From NCBI GenBank assembly GCA_035506075.1, contig DATJQB010000144.1, positions 1-57,838 on the forward strand: DNA of 57,838 nt, read 5' to 3'. This stretch comes from Bacteroidota bacterium (GTDB lineage: Bacteria; Bacteroidota; Ignavibacteria; UBA10030). This document shows, in pieces, positions 1-9,296 of the stretch. Under the pieces are notes generated by a model. It was given only the letters and a program-made list of their open reading frames with translations, was not told where the DNA came from and did not search any database. Position numbers and translations under genes: made by a program. Within the stretch, counting starts at the first letter, position 1, and every line of letters starts with the position of its first letter.

Positions 1-2
1 CG

Positions 3-2108
3 CAGGATGCACCTGCCCGCAATGAGCAGAAGATCGATCGCGATTTTCGAACGAACAACCCGGGGGTAGAATACTACCTGCTGGGCAACGGTAGGCTCAC
101 CGTCGCGATCCAAACCTCGCCGACGCCGGAATCGGGTACCCATTGCGGATTGCTCCTGATGTCTCCGGAACACTTTGCCCGGAAACTGAGCACGTACCTC
201 TTCCATCCCGAGCGCGGGCTCCAGAATTCGCGGTTCATTGTCGTTGTAGACGGACAAAGTCACACTCCGGAGTTCGGGAAGTCTGTCGTGAAGTGGGAAT
301 ATCCCGACCGCATCCCGACAATCGTCCTCGAATGGGAGGCTGGAACCTGTTCTGTGCGCGAGGAATTGATGTGTCCCATCGCAGACGCGGCGATGGTGCG
401 AACGGTGACAGTGACGAACAAGGGGACTGTTGCGGCCAATGTTTCCGGCATCATTATGCTTTATCCGAACCTCATGTTCTTCGATGAGTACCATGTTGAC
501 CGAGAACGAGGTACCCTGAGGGCATCGGGGTATGCGACGATGGAGATGTTCTGCCTCGACGAGGCAACCGCCGGGGACAGGCATCTGAATGTGAAATTTG
601 GAGAGATCGCTCCCGGCAGCAGCAAATCATCGAGGATTGCACTGACGCTCGAGCTGGCCCGAGATGCGTTTGCAAAGAAGGGCTTTGCCGCGATGGTGTC
701 GGAGACAAAAAAGTATTGGGGAGCGCGCGCGGTGTGCGAGACGAACAACGCAGTGTTGAATCACCTGTTCAACACTTCGGTACGCGGGCTGCGGACAGCG
801 GTTGCCCAATCCGGAAAAATGGATGCCGGGATCTGGCAGTACAATTTCGAGTGGGTCCGCGATCAAAGCATGATCGTCATCGGCAGTGTCTACGCTGGAC
901 ACACCGATATCGCAGCAGCTTCGCTGAAGCGCATCTTCGACCGTTCCATTGACGATGAAGGACGCGCCCGCGATGCCAGCCGGCAGCGTCCGCCGGAAAC
1001 CGCCGAGCTCGACCAGAATGGCCAGCTCCTTTATGCGCTCTGGACGTACTGGATCTGGACGGGGGATCACTCCTTCCTGAAGCAGTACTGGACGAAGGTC
1101 CGCGCCGTCGCCAACTATGTGCTCAAGCCGGAATTTCTCGATCCCGCCACCGGTCTTGTGAAAAACTCGCGTGAATTCTGGGAGCGCGATGCGGCGTTCG
1201 GCGTGAAAGAGGGATTCGAGAACACATACCAAGCCTGGAATATCGTCGGTCTCCAGCTGGCGGCCGATCTTGCGCGGCAGATGAAGGACGTCGCCAGTGC
1301 GAAGAAATGGACGGAAGCGTCCCGCAGGATGAAGAACTCGTTTCTCCATGATCCGAAGTTCTCATTCATCGACAAGGGGATGTTCATCAAGCGCCGCCTG
1401 GTGAACGGAGAAGTGCAGCGGACGTTCGAGCCGCCAAACCGAAAGACAATGGCGCCAGGTGTACCGTTAAACGTGGAGAAGGTTTCGTACTGCGACCCCG
1501 ACAGCGGCAGTGTCTATCCCATGATTCTCGACATCATTGACGCCAAAGATCCTGTTTCGCTCAAGACACTGGAGTCGATGGAGCAGCTGTGGAATCAACG
1601 ATGGACAACAGGCGGCTACGCGCGGTACAACGTGACGTCAGAGCCGGATTCGCCGGGCGCGTGGCCGTTTCCGACAATGCTCATTGTGCGGGCGTATTTT
1701 GAAGCCGGTAACGACGAAAAAATGTGGCGCGGCCTTGAGTGGCTGCAGCAGGCACCAGGCGGGAAGGCGGGCGCATGGTTCGAATGTTACGCCGATCGCC
1801 CTGTTCCTCCGCTGCCGCCGCTTGGAATCATCCCGTGGACGTGGGCTGAGTTTGTCATGTTCACGGTCCATCACCTGATGGGGGTGAGGCCGTCCGTGGA
1901 TGAGCTCGTTCTTCAGCCGAGACTCCCGAACGGTTTGTCGAGCCTGAAATCTTCCCTCGTTCTTCGCGGTCATACAATTGATCTGACAATCACCAAAACA
2001 GACAAAGAGCCCTCAGCATCCGTCAACGGGAAAAACGTCCCGCTCGTAAACGGCAAGCTCAAACTCCCGATGCCGACAAAAGCATTGACAATCGAGATGG
2101 CCGTATAG
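3..2108 (+). CDS. GH15-like six-hairpin glycoside hydrolase (glucoamylase/trehalase type), probably 5'-truncated by the window edge
   Basis: The track ORF 150..2108 starts at the first Met, but the same frame is open back to nt 3 and the upstream codons (..NNPGVEYYLLGNGRLTVAIQ..) look coding. Motifs WVRDQS, ELDQNGQLLYALW and EFWERD resemble the GH15 (alpha/alpha)6 catalytic domain. Confidence 0.65.
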   Translation, partial: QDAPARNEQKIDRDFRTNNPGVEYYLLGNGRLTVAIQTSPTPESGTHCGLLLMSPEHFARKLSTYLFHPERGLQNSRFIVVVDGQSHTPEFGKSVVKWEYPDRIPTIVLEWEAGTCSVREELMCPIADAAMVRTVTVTNKGTVAANVSGIIMLYPNLMFFDEYHVDRERGTLRASGYATMEMFCLDEATAGDRHLNVKFGEIAPGSSKSSRIALTLELARDAFAKKGFAAMVSETKKYWGARAVCETNNAVLNHLFNTSVRGLRTAVAQSGKMDAGIWQYNFEWVRDQSMIVIGSVYAGHTDIAAASLKRIFDRSIDDEGRARDASRQRPPETAELDQNGQLLYALWTYWIWTGDHSFLKQYWTKVRAVANYVLKPEFLDPATGLVKNSREFWERDAAFGVKEGFENTYQAWNIVGLQLAADLARQMKDVASAKKWTEASRRMKNSFLHDPKFSFIDKGMFIKRRLVNGEVQRTFEPPNRKTMAPGVPLNVEKVSYCDPDSGSVYPMILDIIDAKDPVSLKTLESMEQLWNQRWTTGGYARYNVTSEPDSPGAWPFPTMLIVRAYFEAGNDEKMWRGLEWLQQAPGGKAGAWFECYADRPVPPLPPLGIIPWTWAEFVMFTVHHLMGVRPSVDELVLQPRLPNGLSSLKSSLVLRGHTIDLTITKTDKEPSASVNGKNVPLVNGKLKLPMPTKALTIEMAV

Positions 2109-2247
2109 GAACGAGAGGATTTGTGATTACCGGATCAATTGCGCGTACTGAAAAGAAGATCAGGGAATTCTCAGATAACGAGTGACGCAAGACGATGAGT
2201 GGAACGCACCGGCGTTCACTTGTTGAACATACGAACGAAGCACGAAC

Positions 2248-3318
2248 ATGATCACTCTCAATGGCAAGCAGTATACACGGGAAGAGCTGGACCGGCACAT
2301 CGGTCACCTCTCTCAGGTTGCGGGCGTACGGTTGATGAGTCTTGACGACGGAGTGGAAGCCGGCGTGCGGATTGCGGATATCCGAAGCGGCTCAGGCTTG
2401 CGCTTTCAGGTTACACTCGACCGCGGGATGGATGTTTCGATGGCAGAGTACAAGGGCATTCCGCTCGCCTGGCGATCGCCGAACGGAGATGTGCATCCGT
2501 CGTTTTACGATCCACGGGGGCTGGGATGGTTGCGTTCCTTCCCCGGCGGCTTGGTTACCGGATGTGGAATCACACAGGCGGGGGCGCCATGTGAAGACGA
2601 TGGGGAAGAGCTCGGACTGCACGGCCGCCTCTCGCACACGCCTGCGTCAGACGTCGGGTCGCGCACGGAGTGGCAGGGCGATCGCTGCGTCTTCAAATTG
2701 AGCGGAATGATCAGGGAAAACACCCTTTTTGGGCAAAATCTCGCCCTTTACCGGGAGATCGAGACGGAACTGGGGAGCTCGGCGTTCACGATTCGCGACA
2801 GCGTCGTGAACGAAGGTTTTCGGGTTACGCCCCTCATGATGCTCTATCACATCAATCTCGGCTGGCCGCTGCTCGAGGAAGGTGCCGCGCTCATGGTTCA
2901 TTCGAAGGGACTGATCCCGCGCGATGCTGAAGCAGAGAAAGGTGTGGCGGACGCAACGAAGATTCAGGCACCAATGCAGGGTTACAAGGAACAGGTCTTC
3001 TTCCACGATCTCATTGCCGATGGCCGCGGCTTCGCCACCGCGCTCCTTGCGAATCGGAACCTGGGACTCGGCTTGTACGCGGAGTTCCGTCAGGCCGAGC
3101 TTCCGCGTTTCACTCAGTGGAAAATGGTGGGCGAAGGGGAATATGTGTTCGGGATGGAACCGGCAAACTGCTGGGTGCAGGGACGGGCGAAAGAGCGACA
3201 ACGCGGAACGCTGAAAATGATCGACCCCGGCGAACGATGCGAGTTTCTTGTCCGCATCGGAATTCTGGACGGGCACGCGGCGATGGATCAATTCATCAGC
3301 GAAAGAAATCTGAAATGA
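2248..3318 (+). CDS. Aldose-1-epimerase-like / DUF4432-type (galactose mutarotase fold) protein
   Basis: 356-aa ORF with no signal peptide. The N-terminal pattern (LNGKQYTREEL..HIG..SQVAGVR...DDGVEAGVRIADIRSGSGLRF.V..DRGMD) is typical of DUF4432 mutarotase-like proteins. Its stop overlaps the next start (ATGA at 3315-3318). Confidence 0.6.
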   Translation: MITLNGKQYTREELDRHIGHLSQVAGVRLMSLDDGVEAGVRIADIRSGSGLRFQVTLDRGMDVSMAEYKGIPLAWRSPNGDVHPSFYDPRGLGWLRSFPGGLVTGCGITQAGAPCEDDGEELGLHGRLSHTPASDVGSRTEWQGDRCVFKLSGMIRENTLFGQNLALYREIETELGSSAFTIRDSVVNEGFRVTPLMMLYHINLGWPLLEEGAALMVHSKGLIPRDAEAEKGVADATKIQAPMQGYKEQVFFHDLIADGRGFATALLANRNLGLGLYAEFRQAELPRFTQWKMVGEGEYVFGMEPANCWVQGRAKERQRGTLKMIDPGERCEFLVRIGILDGHAAMDQFISERNLK

Positions 3319-4322
3319 CAAACAGAAAAATACCAGTGGGACAAGCCGGCATCGCGAATCATGGCCGGACAATTATCAACGCAATTCGTGACTCCGGAAA
3401 CCTGCAGCTTGTGTCGTGCTTCGACATCAATGCTGCGGCTCAAGGGCAGGTTGCACGTGAGTTCGGTGCCTCGACGAAATCCGGATTCGATGAGCTTGTG
3501 AACGATCCGGCGATCGAGGCAATTTCGCTTGTCACTCCGAACCAGCTTCATCAGGAGGAAGTGGAGAAGGCTGTCAAAGCGGGCAAGCACATTTTCGTTG
3601 AGAAACCTATCGGCAACACGGTGGCGGAAGGCAAAGCGATGCTTGAAGCCGTGAAGGGATCGGGGCTTGTCTTTATGGTCGGGCACAACACACGACGGCG
3701 GCAGGTCTTTCGCCGAGCGAAAGAAATTCTGAACCAAAAAGAAATCGGCAATGTTGTCGCTGTAGAGGCCAACCTCTCCCGCCCTGCCGGACTGCAACCC
3801 GGTTTGCCGGCCTGGAAAGCGGATCGCCGAACCTGCCCGCTCCTTCCCATGATGCAGCTGGGCATCCACCTCGTCGATACGGTTGAATTCCTCCTGGGGC
3901 ATGTGGCAAAGGTCAGCTGTTTTGCCACAAACATCGCGATGCAGAATGGCGCGCTCGACTCGACCAGTTCGATCCTCCAGCTCGAATCCGGCATCCCCGT
4001 GTCTCTCTCATCGTACTACGTGTCTGCCGATGCTTATTTTCTCCGCGTGTATGGCACGAAGGGGACAATTCACTGCACTCCGACGAAGTTGCGTCTTGAA
4101 AAACTTGAGAACGGTGAATTCAAGGAAGCGATTGACGAGGATTTTAGCAACGAAGGCGCAGGAAGCTATATCAAGCAAATGCAGGAGTTCGGAGACTGTA
4201 TCTTGAACGGCAGGAAGCCGGAGACGGGGGGAGAAGAGGCCCTGCGAGCCCTCGCGGCAATTGAGGCCATGGTTCGCTCGGTTGAACATCAAACGGTTGT
4301 CGCACTGAACGAAATACTCTGA
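3315..4322 (+). CDS. Gfo/Idh/MocA family oxidoreductase
   Basis: I placed the start at the in-frame ATG 3315, which overlaps the upstream stop (ATGA). The track ORF begins at 3117, but that extension is Arg-rich and overlaps the previous gene. The protein has an N-terminal Rossmann-like segment and the family motif FVEKPIG. Confidence 0.85.
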   Translation: MTNRKIPVGQAGIANHGRTIINAIRDSGNLQLVSCFDINAAAQGQVAREFGASTKSGFDELVNDPAIEAISLVTPNQLHQEEVEKAVKAGKHIFVEKPIGNTVAEGKAMLEAVKGSGLVFMVGHNTRRRQVFRRAKEILNQKEIGNVVAVEANLSRPAGLQPGLPAWKADRRTCPLLPMMQLGIHLVDTVEFLLGHVAKVSCFATNIAMQNGALDSTSSILQLESGIPVSLSSYYVSADAYFLRVYGTKGTIHCTPTKLRLEKLENGEFKEAIDEDFSNEGAGSYIKQMQEFGDCILNGRKPETGGEEALRALAAIEAMVRSVEHQTVVALNEIL

Positions 4323-4333
4323 AGGACACCACT

Positions 4334-6352
4334 ATGCAGCAATCGCGACGGAGATTCCTGAATGCGGCAGCACTGACAGCTGCCGGCGTTGCTTTGAATC
4401 CATGGAAGGCACTTGCATCATATGTGCCCGCCCCGGGACAATCGCTCGCCCCAGTCGGCCTGCTCTTCGACAAAGCCGATATTCCCCGGATCCGCGAGAC
4501 GTTCAAACTTCCCCGGTTCGCTGCGTACTGGCGATCGCTGACCGAAGCAGATCTCGAAGCCGACAAGAAAGTCCTCGCGACGGTCAAGCTCAATAACCAC
4601 GCCGTGGATTTCCTGAAGGTCCGGCAGATTCTCGAACGAACATCATTGGTGTACACGATTGATGGGGACAAGCGGCAGCTTGAAGTTGCGCTCATGGCGA
4701 TCAGGAAAGTGCTCGAATACAAGAAGTGGGATTATTTTCTTGAGGGGGGAGAGTTCACGATGGGATTGCAGCGGGCCCCCGAGACCACCATTGCCATGAG
4801 CTTCGCCCTTGAATGGATGAAGGACGATCTGAGCAGCGATCTTCAGAAGGAAATGGAAAAGCAGATCGGAGAGAAAGGCGCACCAGCGTGCTATCGGACA
4901 CTTTACGGAATGAAATATCCCGATCGCGTGCGCGGCTGGAAGTTCGACCCCGAGAGCGATTATCCCTATCCGGTCGATATGAAGCGCTGGCCCCTCATTT
5001 TGAATTCGACGAACCTCAAAGTCATTCCGATCTGCGGGCTTGGCGTCGGGGCGTGCCTTCTCTACGACAAACATCCTCAGGCAAAACAGTGGCTGAATCT
5101 GGCCATTTCAAGCGCAAAAGCGTTCGCCCCGATGTTCGGAGTGGACGGCTGTTACGATGAGGGGGTCAGCTACTGGGGCTACACGGCGCTGCATCTGACA
5201 ATGTTCCTCGAAATTCTCTACAGGAAGCTGGGCATTGACGAACGCAACCTGATCAACTTCCCCGGAACGGTTCGCTACGGGCTGCAAATGTCCATGCCGA
5301 CGATCGGCAAACCGGACGACTGCGTGAACTTTGGAGATGCGAGTGTCGTGGGTGATGTGTCGGTCGCTGCCTGGGTCGCAAGAAAATTCCGGGATCCGAT
5401 TGCCCAATACGTCACAACATCCGTCAGTGAAATCCGCTCACACTATGGCGCGATCTGGTATGATCCGTCGATCGAGGCGAAGACCCCCGGCGCGGATCTC
5501 TACGATGTTCGGTTCGCGAACGACGTTGTCGTTTCCCGCACCGGCTGGGATACAAACAGCTCTGTGCTGGGATTCCGGAGCGGTGGCCCTGCCAATCACG
5601 AGCATGCCGACCGCAACAGCATCGTCTTCAAAGCGTTTGGCGAGCGACTTCTTCACGATCCATTGAAAGCGGCGTATCCGTACACGCTGCCACACTGGGT
5701 TCTGAGACTTACCGAGGCTCACACTTCTGTGCTCATCAACGGCAAGGGGCACCAGTATCATGATGGTCACGAAGGGACGAACGCGTCCTGGGCAGAGGCG
5801 GCGGTCGTTCAATACAAACCGGGCGAACATTCGCTCGTCGTCACAAGTGATGCCACGGGAGCCTATGCGCTCGTGAATCCTGACGTCGACCTCGTTCGCC
5901 GCACACTCGTGTTCCTGAAACCGGACATCCTGCTGATCTTCGATCGTATAAGGATGAAGACGGCCAAGGCAAAAGTCGAATTGCGGTACCAGATTTATAA
6001 CGGGGACGAGAAAGGAAGCTCTGAGACACAAGCCTCCGGGTTCCTGATCAAACGGCCGCAGGCGACACTGAAAGGAACGATCCTTGCCGCTACGACGGTG
6101 ACCATGCGTTCCGGATTCCACAACGTGCCGAAGGACATCGGCATCTATCCATACCTCGAGGCGGAAGCGGCAGAGAATCTCGATCACAAGATCCTGACAA
6201 TCTGCACCGCACAGCGCGCAGGATCGAATCACGGTACGGTATCGCACGCCGAGCAGGGATCGGTCCTGACCGTAAAGGTCGATCATAACGGTCAGTCAAA
6301 GACGGTAACCATCCGGGTTGATGAGGAACTTCCAACCGTCAGCATCGCGTAA
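4334..6352 (+). CDS. Heparinase II/III-like (polysaccharide lyase-like toroid + beta-sandwich) protein with twin-arginine signal
   Basis: The N-terminus MQQSRRRFLNAAALTAAGVALNPWKALA is a Tat-type signal. The motifs DGCYDEGVSYWGY and GGPANHEHADRNSIVF (H-x-H-x-D) are typical of the heparinase II/III family. Confidence 0.75.
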   Translation: MQQSRRRFLNAAALTAAGVALNPWKALASYVPAPGQSLAPVGLLFDKADIPRIRETFKLPRFAAYWRSLTEADLEADKKVLATVKLNNHAVDFLKVRQILERTSLVYTIDGDKRQLEVALMAIRKVLEYKKWDYFLEGGEFTMGLQRAPETTIAMSFALEWMKDDLSSDLQKEMEKQIGEKGAPACYRTLYGMKYPDRVRGWKFDPESDYPYPVDMKRWPLILNSTNLKVIPICGLGVGACLLYDKHPQAKQWLNLAISSAKAFAPMFGVDGCYDEGVSYWGYTALHLTMFLEILYRKLGIDERNLINFPGTVRYGLQMSMPTIGKPDDCVNFGDASVVGDVSVAAWVARKFRDPIAQYVTTSVSEIRSHYGAIWYDPSIEAKTPGADLYDVRFANDVVVSRTGWDTNSSVLGFRSGGPANHEHADRNSIVFKAFGERLLHDPLKAAYPYTLPHWVLRLTEAHTSVLINGKGHQYHDGHEGTNASWAEAAVVQYKPGEHSLVVTSDATGAYALVNPDVDLVRRTLVFLKPDILLIFDRIRMKTAKAKVELRYQIYNGDEKGSSETQASGFLIKRPQATLKGTILAATTVTMRSGFHNVPKDIGIYPYLEAEAAENLDHKILTICTAQRAGSNHGTVSHAEQGSVLTVKVDHNGQSKTVTIRVDEELPTVSIA

Positions 6353-6384
6353 CAAGTGTCCTGATCAAACGATTGACAACGCCT

Positions 6385-7632
6385 ATGAAAATGTCCGACA
6401 AGCATTTTGAGGAAGCGCTCAGGTTGATTCCCTGGGGGACGCAGACGAATGCAAAGCGCCCATTCCCGCAGTTCGATGAGGAAATGCCCAAGTTCATCGA
6501 GCGGGGAAAGGGATGCCGGATCTGGGATATGGAAGGGAAGGAGTACATCGATTTTCGTCTGGCACTCGGTCCGGTGACGCTGGGATACTGCTACGACGAA
6601 GTCGACGATGCGGTCCGCGCGCAGATGAAGAAGGGAGTGCTCTTCAGCATGGCAAGCCCCATCGAGCTCGAGCTTGCACAGTTGCTTCATGAAGCGATAC
6701 CGAACGCGGAGATGGTCCGGTTCATGAAAACCGGCGAGGATGCAAATCTCTGCAATGTGCGCATTGCCCGCGCATACACAAAGAGGGACATGATCCTCAT
6801 CAGCGGATACCATGGATACCCGGATTGGTTTGCCGTTGATGACAGTCCGAAGAACGGTGTGCCGTCGATTCTGCGCGACTATGTGAAGATCATACCGTGG
6901 GGCGATTGTGAAACGGCGGAAGCGCTGATCAAGCAATACAACGAACGAATTGCCTGCGTCCTCTCGATCCCATACGACCAAAATGACGACATCACAGGAT
7001 CGTACATACAGCATCTCCGCGCGCTGACGCACGAGTACGGCATACTGCTCGTGATGGATGAGGTGTGGACGGGGTTCAGGCTCGCGTACGGAGGGGCGCA
7101 GGAGCTGTTCGGTGTCAAGGCCGATCTTGCGAGCTATGCAAAAGCAATGGCAAACGGATACCCGATCTCCACATATGTCGGCAAGCGGGAATACATGGAG
7201 ACTCTGAATACGTTTCGGATGACGACGACCTACGCCGGAGAAACGCTTTCCATTGCAGCAGCCATTGCGACGATGAAGATCATGAAGCGCGACCGGGTTC
7301 ACGATCACCTGAACACAATGGGCCGGCGGCTGATGGACGGATTCAACACGATCGCCGCGGAATGCGGTGTCCAGGCCGCGGCGGCAGGACTTCCCCCGTC
7401 GCCGTATCTCAAGTTCAACAGCCCGGACAAAGCGTACAACGAACGCCTGGAATACCTCTGGTTTCGCGAGTTGTTCAGGGAGGGAATCTTTGTGGTCCTC
7501 CGCTGGTTCGTGTGTTACTCCCACAAAGCGTCCGACATTGACGAAGCGCTTGACAAGGCCCGCAAAGCTCTCAAGCGCGCGCTCGAAGCCGAGCCGCGGG
7601 AACGCTCGACTATCAAACCATTCTACTGGTAG
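6385..7632 (+). CDS. Class III (GSA-aminomutase-like) PLP-dependent aminotransferase
   Basis: The track ORF starts at TTG 6373 and the first ATG is 6385, so the start is uncertain. It has a HemL-like N-terminus (ALRLIPWGTQTNAKRP), the segment ...MDEVWTGFR..., and a PLP-lysine context ADLASYAKAMANGYP. Confidence 0.85.
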   Translation: MKMSDKHFEEALRLIPWGTQTNAKRPFPQFDEEMPKFIERGKGCRIWDMEGKEYIDFRLALGPVTLGYCYDEVDDAVRAQMKKGVLFSMASPIELELAQLLHEAIPNAEMVRFMKTGEDANLCNVRIARAYTKRDMILISGYHGYPDWFAVDDSPKNGVPSILRDYVKIIPWGDCETAEALIKQYNERIACVLSIPYDQNDDITGSYIQHLRALTHEYGILLVMDEVWTGFRLAYGGAQELFGVKADLASYAKAMANGYPISTYVGKREYMETLNTFRMTTTYAGETLSIAAAIATMKIMKRDRVHDHLNTMGRRLMDGFNTIAAECGVQAAAAGLPPSPYLKFNSPDKAYNERLEYLWFRELFREGIFVVLRWFVCYSHKASDIDEALDKARKALKRALEAEPRERSTIKPFYW

Positions 7633-7665
7633 CACATCCGATCTCACACATCGTTGAGGGGCAGC

Positions 7666-9288
7666 ATGAACAATCGCCTGTACATCGACTGTTTTGCAAT
7701 GGTAGGGAAGCGCGGCGCGAAAGATGTTGAAGTGCGCTGGACGACGGAGGATCTCATCGACGAAATGGAGTGGTGCGGGATCCACGGCACCTTCATAACG
7801 CACGGCGTGGCGAAGGAATACGATCCAACGTACGGCAACCGTATGCTGCTCCGCGAGCTGAAGAAAAGTCCGCGCCTCTACGGGGTATGGACCGTCATGC
7901 CGCACCATACGGGGGAGATGCCGGTGCCCAAGGATGTCGTGAGCGAGATGCGTGACCACGGCATCCGCGCTGCAAAAATGTATCCCCGCATTCACCGCTA
8001 TCCATTCAACATCGATTTCTGCGGTGAGCTCCTCAGGGAGCTCGAGAAAAACGAAATTCCGCTCATGGTCGAAGGCGGGCATCTCTATAACTTCGACATC
8101 TTCGAACCAAGCAACCAGGTGTTGCTTGCAGACCTCGACATCGTGCTCTCGGCGTTTCCGGATCTGAAAGTCATTCTCCAGGGAACCCGCTGGGAATCGA
8201 CGCGCTACACGCAGCCGCTCATGAAGAAACATCGCAACCTGCACCTGGATCTTTCCGCTCATCAGGGAAATCACGCCATTGAATTGTTTGCTGAGTGGTA
8301 TGGCGCGGATCGCATTGTGTTCGGTACGGGCGCGCTGGAGAAATCACCCGGGGCTGCCAAGGCGTTCATCGATTACTGCACACTCAACGATGCCGACAAA
8401 CAGCTTATCGCGGCCGGAAACCTCTCCAGGCTGACGAAGCTGGAGACCCCGCCGAAGCCGTACAGTGCGGCGAAAAATCCCGACTGGATTGTTCAACGCG
8501 CGAAGGAGGGGAAACCGCTCGACAACATGCTTGTCATCGACGCGCACGCCCACATGTCGCATGACGGCGCGGAAGGAGTGGGATTCATACATCTCCCGTA
8601 CGGTGATGCAACGAGCATGTACGAGCGGGCACAACTCATGGGAATTCAGAAGATGTGTGTGTCCGGCTTCCTCGCTGTCTGGGTCGACTACGAAGAGGGA
8701 AACAAAATCGTCTGGGACGCGATGAAGCGCTACCCCGAGTTCTATTGCGGGTACGCGGCCCTGCAGCCGCAGTACGTGAAGGACTGGAAGAAGGAATTCA
8801 GGACTGCCCACGGAAAGTATAAGATGGGTGGATTGAAGCCGTACAATCCGCGCACGAACCTGGCCTACAATGATCCCCTCTGGGCGCCCTGGTTTGAATA
8901 CGGCAACAAGATCAACGCGTATGCATTGATCCATCCCTCACCCAACGTCGTTCCTGAAGTGCATGAGATTGCCGCAAAGTACCCGAACATCGCCTTTATC
9001 ATCGCGCACACCGGCGGCTCGTTCCAGGACGCACGAAAGGGAATCGAGATGGCGAAGAAGAATCCGAACGTCTATCTCGAAATTACACTTACATCGGTGA
9101 CATACCGGGTGATCGAATTCATGGTTGAACACGTCGGTGCAGACCGCGTGCTCTTCGGGACCGATCAACCAATGCGCGATCCGATCCCGCAGTTTGGATG
9201 GATGGCGTACTCGCACTGCACGGTGGCGGAAAAGAAAAAGATGTTCGGGCTCAACATGCAGCGCATCCTGAAGCGCGTGAAGGTGTAA
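7666..9288 (+). CDS. Tandem amidohydrolase-2 (ACMSD-type TIM barrel) protein with a degenerate N-terminal copy
   Basis: ATG 7666 is preceded by GAGGGG. The C-half carries VIDAHAH, IIAHTGG and LFGTDQP (metal ligands). The N-half aligns to it but reads YIDCFAM, ILQGTRW and VFGTGAL. Confidence 0.75.
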   Translation: MNNRLYIDCFAMVGKRGAKDVEVRWTTEDLIDEMEWCGIHGTFITHGVAKEYDPTYGNRMLLRELKKSPRLYGVWTVMPHHTGEMPVPKDVVSEMRDHGIRAAKMYPRIHRYPFNIDFCGELLRELEKNEIPLMVEGGHLYNFDIFEPSNQVLLADLDIVLSAFPDLKVILQGTRWESTRYTQPLMKKHRNLHLDLSAHQGNHAIELFAEWYGADRIVFGTGALEKSPGAAKAFIDYCTLNDADKQLIAAGNLSRLTKLETPPKPYSAAKNPDWIVQRAKEGKPLDNMLVIDAHAHMSHDGAEGVGFIHLPYGDATSMYERAQLMGIQKMCVSGFLAVWVDYEEGNKIVWDAMKRYPEFYCGYAALQPQYVKDWKKEFRTAHGKYKMGGLKPYNPRTNLAYNDPLWAPWFEYGNKINAYALIHPSPNVVPEVHEIAAKYPNIAFIIAHTGGSFQDARKGIEMAKKNPNVYLEITLTSVTYRVIEFMVEHVGADRVLFGTDQPMRDPIPQFGWMAYSHCTVAEKKKMFGLNMQRILKRVKV

Positions 9289-9296
9289 CCCCCTCG

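Noticed and set aside
2202-2217. The palindrome GAACGC-ACCG-GCGTTC sits 30 nt upstream of the DUF4432-like gene, as a possible operator or hairpin.
   Set aside because: The arms are only 6 bp, which is compatible with chance in 58 kb. No second copy was noticed and no T-tract follows. No regulator gene is nearby to pair it with.
3117-3314. The ORF track suggests long N-terminal extensions for several genes (3117, 9198, 24105, 30791, 34036, 43404, 50531, 53416).
   Set aside because: The extensions overlap the 3' end of the preceding gene, translate to Arg/Ser/Pro-rich junk, and are followed by an internal ATG that has an SD-like sequence, a signal peptide or an ATGA overlap. I used the internal starts.
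6292-8274. A 660-aa ORF on the minus strand spans the aminotransferase gene, the intergenic gap and the start of the amidohydrolase gene.
   Set aside because: It lies antisense to two + strand genes with clear family motifs. Its translation is Arg/His/Val/Phe-rich, has no recognisable motif, and looks like stop-poor antisense reading of GC-biased codons.
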